DNA of 12,248 bases, taken from Chlamydiota bacterium. Its GTDB lineage: Bacteria; Auribacterota; JACPWU01. Under the pieces are notes generated by a model, which did not search any database, was not told the DNA's origin, and saw nothing but the letters and a program-made list of their open reading frames with translations. Position numbers and translations under genes: made by a program. Each line of letters opens with the position of its first letter. The stretch's first letter is position 1. Where the stretch lies: NCBI GenBank assembly GCA_016196885.1, contig JACPWU010000060.1, positions 1 through 12,248 on the forward strand, given 5' to 3'. Of this stretch, positions 6,247 through 11,407 are shown piece by piece.

Positions 6247-6320
6247 CTGCGTACATCGTACATCGTGCATCGTTCTACGTACGCAGTACGATGCACGATG
6301 CACGATGCACGATGCACTGC
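6247..6320. repeat. Heptamer-periodic palindromic element, GCACGAT/ACGATGC family, in the aroC / ATP-grasp divergent spacer
   Basis: Ten in-phase heptamers run from 6251 to 6320: GTACATC GTACATC GTGCATC GTTCTAC GTACGCA GTACGAT GCACGAT GCACGAT GCACGAT GCACTGC. ACGATGC is a perfect tandem x4 at 6288-6315. The left arm pairs with the right arm at about 19 of 21 positions. A nested alternative stem pairs CTGCGTAC (6247-6254) with GTACGCAG (6279-6286). Confidence 0.85.
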
Positions 6321-6339
6321 CTTATTCTATCACTTCATT

Positions 6340-6368
6340 TTGAAATCTTGTAGATTTAATGTTACAAT
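6340..6368 (+). promoter_or_regulatory. Candidate sigma70-type promoter for the ATP-grasp gene
   Basis: TTGAAA (6340-6345), a 17-nt spacer, then TACAAT (6363-6368). It lies about 80 nt upstream of the ATG at 6448. Motif match only. Confidence 0.45.
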
Positions 6369-6447
6369 AAAGCCAGAGTATGGAGCTTATCATAAACGTA
6401 ATAAAATCTTTTTTGAATTCTCTCCTGTGTTTTCTCTGGATTTTGAC

Positions 6448-7503
6448 ATGATGAAAAAACTAAATGTTACGGTCTTAACCAATGCAACTCGAGAGATGGC
6501 TCCTGATGATCCGAAATCAATTGAAATCATCAAGGCCTCTGAAGAGGTGGAGCATGATATTACAAAAACATTGGAGAAATGCGGGCATCATGTGCGCGTG
6601 CTCGGGATTAAAGAAGATGTAAAAAATTTTTTCAACGGACTTCTAGATTGCAAAGATGACATTATTTTCAATGTCTGCGAATCTTTTCGCAATGACTCCA
6701 TGCTCGAAATGCATGTGGCTGCTGTCCTTGAGCTGGTTGGATTAAAATACACAGGTTGTGGTCCTACCGGCCTTTTGTTTGCTCAGGATAAAGGGATTAC
6801 GAAAAAAATTTTAGCCTATCATGGAATTAAATTCCCGGCTTTTGCGATTTATCCTAAAGGGAAGCCCGTGGAAGTTCGTCCTTCGGATTTGAGATTTCCT
6901 TTGATTGTGAAACCTTTGCATGAAGATTCTTCTATTGGGATCAGTGGAAATTCCCTTGTTAAGAACGATGAGACCTTGAAAGAACGTGTCGAATTTGTTC
7001 ACGAAAAATTGAGTCAGGATGCCTTGGTGGAGGAATATATTGAAGGCAGAGAGTTTTACGTGGGTGTTCTGGGATTTGAAGACGCACAAGTTCTTCCGAT
7101 TATTGAAATGGATTTTTCAAATTTTCCGAAAGACAGACCCAAAATTGCGAGCTTTAAAGCCAAGTGGGATCCAAAATATCGGGAGGAAAAGGGGATCAAA
7201 AGTTTCTTTCCAAAGGATTTGCCAGGAGACTTGATTTCGAAAATTTCGGAAGTTGCTCTGACTTCTTTTAAGGCCCTTCAATTGAGAGACTATGCCAGGC
7301 TAGATTTGCGCGTGACGCCGGACCATGAGGTGTATGTCCTGGAGGCCAATCCCAATCCCTATATTGCCGAGGGGGAGGATTTGCCTGAGGCGGCTGCCAA
7401 GGCAGGGATTTCTTATTCAGATTTCCTAGAGCTGATTCTCGACAGCGCCTTAAAACGACACCGAAAAAATATTCCCCCTCCCAAGAATGGCAGTGGGGTC
7501 TAG
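6448..7503 (+). CDS. ATP-grasp enzyme, D-alanine--D-alanine ligase-like family (substrate unknown)
   Basis: The region after MMKKLNVTVL has the Ddl-like layout. This comprises a pre-ATP-grasp domain (ESFRNDSMLEMHVAAVLELVGLKYTGCGPTGLLFAQDKGITKKIL), an ATP-grasp core (FPLIVKPLHEDSSIGIS...VEEYIEGREFYVGVLG) and a C-terminal Mg/ATP motif (ARLDLRV...VYVLEANPNP). It lacks the canonical cell-wall Ddl N-terminal GG-S-E-VS motif. The track's upstream extension (6178-6447) overlaps aroC and the heptamer hairpin, so I reject it. Confidence 0.8.
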   Translation: MMKKLNVTVLTNATREMAPDDPKSIEIIKASEEVEHDITKTLEKCGHHVRVLGIKEDVKNFFNGLLDCKDDIIFNVCESFRNDSMLEMHVAAVLELVGLKYTGCGPTGLLFAQDKGITKKILAYHGIKFPAFAIYPKGKPVEVRPSDLRFPLIVKPLHEDSSIGISGNSLVKNDETLKERVEFVHEKLSQDALVEEYIEGREFYVGVLGFEDAQVLPIIEMDFSNFPKDRPKIASFKAKWDPKYREEKGIKSFFPKDLPGDLISKISEVALTSFKALQLRDYARLDLRVTPDHEVYVLEANPNPYIAEGEDLPEAAAKAGISYSDFLELILDSALKRHRKNIPPPKNGSGV

Positions 7504-9174
7504 CGCACGTTTGAGATTTGCCATCGCTGTGAGTGTTTCCCTCGGATAAAGAATTTCCAAAGAGCTATGTTTAAGTTTTCCAATCCCATGTTCAGCAGAA
7601 ACAGTTCCATGCATCGAGACGGCTTGCTTGCATAATTCCAAATAAATTTTTTTTGATTCTCTTAATTCGGTTTCATTTTTAGGTAGCAGATTGGCGTGCA
7701 GGTGATTATTACCCATGTGCCCAAAAATGACATATTGAATCTCACTTTTTTGAAGGGTCTCGCGGAAAAAATTCATCATGGGAATAAAAAATTCATCGGG
7801 GACGGCTGTGTCTGTGCCTACTTTGTGAAGAGACGAAAGTCCACTTTCCCTTTTGTGAAGGCCAATGATTTCATTGACACGTTTTGGAATTTCATGTCGG
7901 AATTCTCTTAAATTTTGCTGATGTTTTTCTTCGCCGGGGAAAGCCAACTCTAAATCGTTCAGGACATTTTGCCCTTTTAATAAAAGGAAGAGTTTTCCAA
8001 AGGGATGGTCTTGCAGGCTTTTCTCTTCTTGGGGTTTTAAAGCTCTTTCTTCAAAGAGAGGACTCATTAGATTTTCAAGAGATTCACGAGAGATAGGGAT
8101 AGAACTCTCTTGTTCTAAAAAGAGAGCACACTCGGCTTTTTCGGGGACGCGAGTGCCAAGGGGATTTTTTCTCAAGAGATTCAGTGACTCGCCATCAAAA
8201 TATTCAATGGCTCGAATGTCCATTCCATTTAAATGATGAGTGCGCCAGGTGCGGTAGGCTTCTTCTCTCAGTGTTTGAACAAAATGAAGCGCTGTATTCT
8301 CTTTTTGAAAAAAGGCAATGGCGCTTAAGACTGTACTGGGTTTTTTTTGAAGAACGAGTTCGATTTGAGTAACCACGCCCAAAGTCCCTTCAGATCCGAT
8401 CCACAAATCAATCAAATCCATTTCCGGTTTACAAAAATATCCAGCCGCATGTTTAATAGAGGGCATGGAAATATGTGGAATAGCAATGAGCACTTTCTTT
8501 TTTTCTGAGATGAGTTCAAAAGTACCTTCTTTGGAGGAAAAATTTTTTCCTCTCTCAAGATTGAGAATCCCTCCTTGACTCAAAGCAATTCTGAGTGCAT
8601 GAACGTGCGCCCGCGTCGCCCCATATTTAAAGGTTCGGGCCCCGGAGGCATTGGTTGCGATCGTGCCACCCAGGAAGGCAGTGGTTTCTGTGGGGTCTGG
8701 GGGATAAAAAAGTCGAAGGGCCTCCATTCTTTTCTGAAATTCTCCCAATCGGAGTCCTGGAGGGACTACGGCGATGATTTTATCTTCTTCGCGTTTTAAA
8801 TAAAATTGATAAGGAATATTTGTGAGTTCATCGTGGCCTTCTAAAATTTCAAAAACATCTTCGCCGGGTTGAGGATAAGTTTTTGAGAAAAGAAGGGTTG
8901 CGATCACTTCTCCACCCAGAGGAATAGCACCACCCACCAGCCCCGTGTGATTACCCGCGATGGTGACAGGGGTATTTTTTTGAGATGCGTTTTTTAGGTA
9001 TTGGGAAATCTGCTCTTCTGTCTGAGGAAAAATAACAGCTAATGCATTGCCCCCAACCATTCTCGATGCATCTTGAAGATATTCTTGAAATTCTGCAGGG
9101 TCTGTTTTACGAAGGAGAGAAGATGTTGTGTCGAGGGGGCTTTGTTTTGCGGAAGTACAATAAAGGGTGGTCAT
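7450..9174 (-). CDS. FAD-binding oxidoreductase, FAD-linked oxidase (GlcD / D-lactate dehydrogenase-like) family
   Basis: 574 aa. It has an FAD_binding_4-like N-terminal half (VIFPQTEEQISQYLKNASQKNTPVTIAGNHTGLVGGAIP; GGTIATNASG; GSEGTLGVVTQIEL). The C-terminal half is FAD-oxidase_C-like (HMGNNHLHANL...SAEHGIGKLK...LDPTAILGRGNIF). Its 3' end overlaps the ATP-grasp CDS by 54 nt. Confidence 0.85.
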   Translation of the reverse strand: MTTLYCTSAKQSPLDTTSSLLRKTDPAEFQEYLQDASRMVGGNALAVIFPQTEEQISQYLKNASQKNTPVTIAGNHTGLVGGAIPLGGEVIATLLFSKTYPQPGEDVFEILEGHDELTNIPYQFYLKREEDKIIAVVPPGLRLGEFQKRMEALRLFYPPDPTETTAFLGGTIATNASGARTFKYGATRAHVHALRIALSQGGILNLERGKNFSSKEGTFELISEKKKVLIAIPHISMPSIKHAAGYFCKPEMDLIDLWIGSEGTLGVVTQIELVLQKKPSTVLSAIAFFQKENTALHFVQTLREEAYRTWRTHHLNGMDIRAIEYFDGESLNLLRKNPLGTRVPEKAECALFLEQESSIPISRESLENLMSPLFEERALKPQEEKSLQDHPFGKLFLLLKGQNVLNDLELAFPGEEKHQQNLREFRHEIPKRVNEIIGLHKRESGLSSLHKVGTDTAVPDEFFIPMMNFFRETLQKSEIQYVIFGHMGNNHLHANLLPKNETELRESKKIYLELCKQAVSMHGTVSAEHGIGKLKHSSLEILYPRETLTAMANLKRALDPTAILGRGNIFSVSF

Positions 9175-9188
9175 GTTTTTTCTTTTTA

Positions 9189-9207
9189 CTCACCACTCAC
9201 CACTCAC
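9189..9207. repeat. Solo arm of the TGGTGAG heptamer family (CTCACCA x2.7)
   Basis: CTCACCACTCACCACTCAC is identical to 5113-5131, the right arm of the 5056-5147 hairpin. I see no complementary partner within about 60 nt. It spans the stop codon (9204-9206) of the VOC gene and the 29-nt spacer before the oxidase start. Confidence 0.6.
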
Positions 9208-9812
9208 GACTGTCTTTTCGTCGACTGCATCAAACTGTTGGCTTGAGGAGGCTGAAATCCGGCATAGCCCTGATGGCGCTCTGCCAGTTCAAGGACAGAA
9301 AAAGATTCATTTTTGCGCTTTTCAGGTTCTGTAAAGATTTGACGAAGGACAGAGCCCGGTTTGCCGACAATTTTTCCAGAGAATCGAATGCCGTGGGATT
9401 TCATGGCCCGAACCGCTTTTTCAATGTCACCGACTTGAATCGCGACATGATGGAGGGTTTTGTCGCCAAATTTCTTGACCCATCCGGGAATAATGCTGGT
9501 TTTACCCGCGGGACCCTTTTTACCTTGGTCAATGAAGATGGCCGGATGCCCGGGTTTTCGAAGGACAATGGCAAACCAGTCGTCGTATTCCAAAATGCCC
9601 TTGGGACCAACCGTTTTATCCTGCTTGAACCCCAACTTCAAAAATTCTTGAGCTCTTTTATAAACGTCCGTCGTTCGCACAGTCATATGATCTGCAACGG
9701 GTCGAAAACCAATACCTATTTTTTCCAAGACTCGAGCAATGATATGAGCGGATTTATTTTTGCGAAGGTAATCTTGAATGTAGGCCTGAATGACTTTTTC
9801 AGCAGCATCCAT
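9204..9812 (-). CDS. VOC (glyoxalase/bleomycin-resistance/dioxygenase) superfamily protein, resembling the C-terminal module of 4-hydroxyphenylpyruvate dioxygenase
   Basis: 202 aa. HHVAIQVGDIEKAVRAMKSHGIRF, then LRQIFTEPEKR...FSVLELAERHQGYAGF...ANSLMQS, parallels the HPPD C-terminal pattern (HH-A; LLQIFT; FFEIIQR-GFG-GNF-LF). It is probably co-transcribed with the oxidase, with a 29-nt gap on the same strand. Confidence 0.6.
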   Translation of the reverse strand: MDAAEKVIQAYIQDYLRKNKSAHIIARVLEKIGIGFRPVADHMTVRTTDVYKRAQEFLKLGFKQDKTVGPKGILEYDDWFAIVLRKPGHPAIFIDQGKKGPAGKTSIIPGWVKKFGDKTLHHVAIQVGDIEKAVRAMKSHGIRFSGKIVGKPGSVLRQIFTEPEKRKNESFSVLELAERHQGYAGFQPPQANSLMQSTKRQS

Positions 9813-9846
9813 GATTAAAGTTTATCACATTTTAAAATCTCAATAG

Positions 9847-9875
9847 TGGAAAAAGAACTTCCTTTATTATAGAAT
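9847..9875 (+). promoter_or_regulatory. Weak candidate promoter for cysM (would give a near-leaderless mRNA). It overlaps a perfect minus-strand TATAAT (9871..9866) that could serve the VOC gene
   Basis: TGGAAA (9847-9852), a 17-nt spacer, then TAGAAT (9870-9875), with the ATG at 9885 and no SD. The reverse complement of 9866-9871 is TATAAT, but I find no good -35 for it. Motif level only. Confidence 0.25.
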
Positions 9876-9884
9876 CCACGAGCT

Positions 9885-10796
9885 ATGAATTTTCTAAAAT
9901 CGTCTAAAACTGTATTAGATTTGGTGGGAAATACCCCTCTTTTGCGTCTTCAAAGGTTGGGGAAGGAATTTTCTCCTGTTCAATTTTATGTCAAAGCCGA
10001 ATGGTTTAATCCGGGAGGCTCTGTCAAAGATAGGCCTGCTTTGAGAATGATTTTGGAGGGGGAACGCTCTGGAAAATTGACACAGGATTTAGTGATTTTA
10101 GATTCTTCATCAGGGAATACCGCCATTGCCTATGCGATGATTGCCGCCTTTCGCAAATACAAGGTGGAGCTTGTCATGCCTGAAAATGTAAGCGATGAGC
10201 GCAAGAAAATTCTCAATGCGTATGGTGCCAAGGTTATTTATACAGATCCCTTAGAGGGTTCAGATGGAGCGATTCGGGAGGCGCATCGGCGCCTTAAAGA
10301 AAATCCTCAAAAATATTTTATGCCGGATCAGTACAACAATCCTTTTAATCCAAAGGCGCATGAAGAGGGTACGGCCCAAGAAATATGGGCTCAGACAGAA
10401 GGAAAGGTAACGCATCTTCTGGCCGGGATTGGGACGGGTGGGACCGTCACAGGAACAGGAAGAGGACTTAAGAAGCACAATCCAAAGATTCAGGTGATTG
10501 CGGTTGAGCCAGCGGGCGCTCTTCATGGTTTGGAAGGGATGAAGCACATGGCTTCTTCGATTGTGCCCGGGATTTATGATGAGAAATCCTTGGAGGGAAA
10601 AGTTTCTGTGGAGACAGAAGATGCCTATGAGATGACCCGAGCTTTATCTCATGAAGAAGGCATTTTGGTGGGGCAATCCTCAGGCGCTGTTTTATGGGGA
10701 ATGTTTCAGGTGGCCAAGAAATTGAAGGAAGGATTGATTGTGGGGGTTTTCCCGGATGGCGGAGATAAGTATTTGACGACACGAGTGTGGGAGTAG
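9885..10796 (+). CDS. cysM: Cysteine synthase, CysM-type PLP-dependent beta-replacement enzyme
   Basis: 303 aa. It has GNTPLLRL, the PLP-lysine motif NPGGSVKDRPA, the Asn-loop SSSGNTAIA, the glycine loop GIGTGGTVTG and the C-terminal QSSGAVL...DGGDKYL. The length and the region VEPAGALHGLEGMKHMASSIVPGIYD resemble the CysM class (E. coli and M. tuberculosis) rather than CysK. Adjacency to a JAMM protease supports this. Confidence 0.85.
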   Translation: MNFLKSSKTVLDLVGNTPLLRLQRLGKEFSPVQFYVKAEWFNPGGSVKDRPALRMILEGERSGKLTQDLVILDSSSGNTAIAYAMIAAFRKYKVELVMPENVSDERKKILNAYGAKVIYTDPLEGSDGAIREAHRRLKENPQKYFMPDQYNNPFNPKAHEEGTAQEIWAQTEGKVTHLLAGIGTGGTVTGTGRGLKKHNPKIQVIAVEPAGALHGLEGMKHMASSIVPGIYDEKSLEGKVSVETEDAYEMTRALSHEEGILVGQSSGAVLWGMFQVAKKLKEGLIVGVFPDGGDKYLTTRVWE

Positions 10797-10803
10797 GGGG
10801 CGC

Positions 10804-10924
10804 GCCCTTTGAAAAAGGCCCATCTGCTGCGTTGCCTGCTTCGCTTAGTCGTGAGGCGTACACGAAAATGTACGCCTCCTCCTTCGCTCTCAGGCGCCTT
10901 GCATCTGGACCTTTTTGAAAGGGC
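10804..10924. repeat. Structured dispersed repeat, copy B (121 bp), filling the cysM-JAMM intergenic spacer
   Basis: Same architecture and orientation as 3845-3967. The outer arms are GCCCTTTGAAAAAGGCCC and GGACCTTTTTGAAAGGGC. The apical hairpin is GGCGTACA-cgaaaa-TGTACGCC (10855-10876), and CATCTG is repeated inside both arms. Confidence 0.8.
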
Positions 10925-10939
10925 TTAAGATTCTAATTT

Positions 10940-11359
10940 ATGCTAAAAATAAAAAAAAGTACATACGATCAAATTGTAAGTTATGTGAAAGCGTCTTATC
11001 CTCATGAATGTTGTGGGGTTTTGGTGGGGAAAATGGAGGGGGATGTGAAGGTGGCCAGCGAGGCACACCCGATTCGCAATCTAAATGAAGAGCGAGCGCG
11101 TGATCGCTATAACATGGACCCCGTTGGTTTTATGCGGGTGGAGAAGGATATTGCAAGGAGGGGCCTGGAAATGGTGGGGATTTACCATTCTCATCCGGAT
11201 CATCCGGCCCGTCCTTCTCAAACAGATTTTAACCATGCCTGGCCTATTTTTTCTTACATCATTTACGCGATTGCCAAAGGGACTGATATTGAGGCCAAGA
11301 ATTGGTGCTTGAATGAGGATGCGAGTGAGTTTGTGGAAGAGGCTTATGAAATCAGTTAA
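10940..11359 (+). CDS. JAMM/MPN+ (Mov34/PAD-1) zinc metalloprotease, Mec+-like
   Basis: 139 aa. It carries the complete JAMM motif: the conserved Glu in YPHECCGVLVG, and HSHPDHPARPSQTD (H-x-H-x7-S-x2-D). The size and the position next to cysM match the stand-alone bacterial Mec+/QbsD class. Confidence 0.85.
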   Translation: MLKIKKSTYDQIVSYVKASYPHECCGVLVGKMEGDVKVASEAHPIRNLNEERARDRYNMDPVGFMRVEKDIARRGLEMVGIYHSHPDHPARPSQTDFNHAWPIFSYIIYAIAKGTDIEAKNWCLNEDASEFVEEAYEIS

Positions 11360-11364
11360 TTTTT

Positions 11365-11399
11365 ACGAACGATCAACGATGAACGATTCACGAGGAACG
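11365..11399. repeat. Solo array of five degenerate heptamers (ANN[A/C]ACG), related to the GCACGAT family
   Basis: ACGAACG ATCAACG ATGAACG ATTCACG AGGAACG are in exact 7-nt register in the JAMM / HEAT-protein spacer. Read in another phase, the units (AACGAT) differ by one base from CACGAT in 6286-6313. There is no inverted partner nearby. Confidence 0.55.
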
Positions 11400-11407
11400 G
11401 TAGTTCG

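Noticed and set aside
1567-6320. Heptamer arrays as a CRISPR array or minisatellite-type coding repeat
   Set aside because: The units are 7 nt with no spacers. The arrays are under 40 nt per arm, palindromic and dispersed, and no cas genes are present. This is not CRISPR.
6178-6447. The N-terminal 90 codons of the supplied 441-aa ORF, upstream of MMKKLNV
   Set aside because: This extension overlaps the aroC start on the other strand. It runs through the heptamer hairpin and the predicted promoter, and it translates to low-complexity repeat-derived sequence (RTSYIVHRSTYAVRCTMHDARCT). Homology-like sequence only begins at 6448.
6448-9174. A VanA/VanH-like D-Ala-D-Lac resistance pair (Ddl-like ligase next to a D-lactate-dehydrogenase-like enzyme)
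   Set aside because: VanH is an NAD-dependent D-2-hydroxyacid dehydrogenase, not an FAD-linked GlcD-type oxidase. The genes are convergent, and no vanX/vanRS-like genes are present. The ligase also lacks canonical Ddl/VanA N-terminal motifs.
9042-9818. Plus-strand 258-aa ORF, the longest alternative ORF
   Set aside because: It is exactly antisense to the VOC gene and the start of the oxidase gene. It has no recognisable motifs, whereas the minus-strand frames carry VOC/HPPD and FAD-oxidase signatures. It is an antisense shadow ORF. The same reasoning applies to the other short ORFs nested in 306-1553, 1640-3823, 5152-6234, 6448-7503, 7450-9174, 9885-10796 and 10940-12061.
10468-10863. Minus-strand 131-aa ORF overlapping the cysM 3' end and repeat copy B
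   Set aside because: It is antisense to a well-supported CDS, and its start lies inside the repeat. The translation is Pro/Ser-rich low-complexity sequence with no family resemblance.
11365-11407. The small GAAC/GTTC hairpin (ggaacggtagttcg) as a regulatory stem before the HEAT-protein start
   Set aside because: It has only 4 bp with a 4-nt loop. That is too weak to call and is expected by chance.
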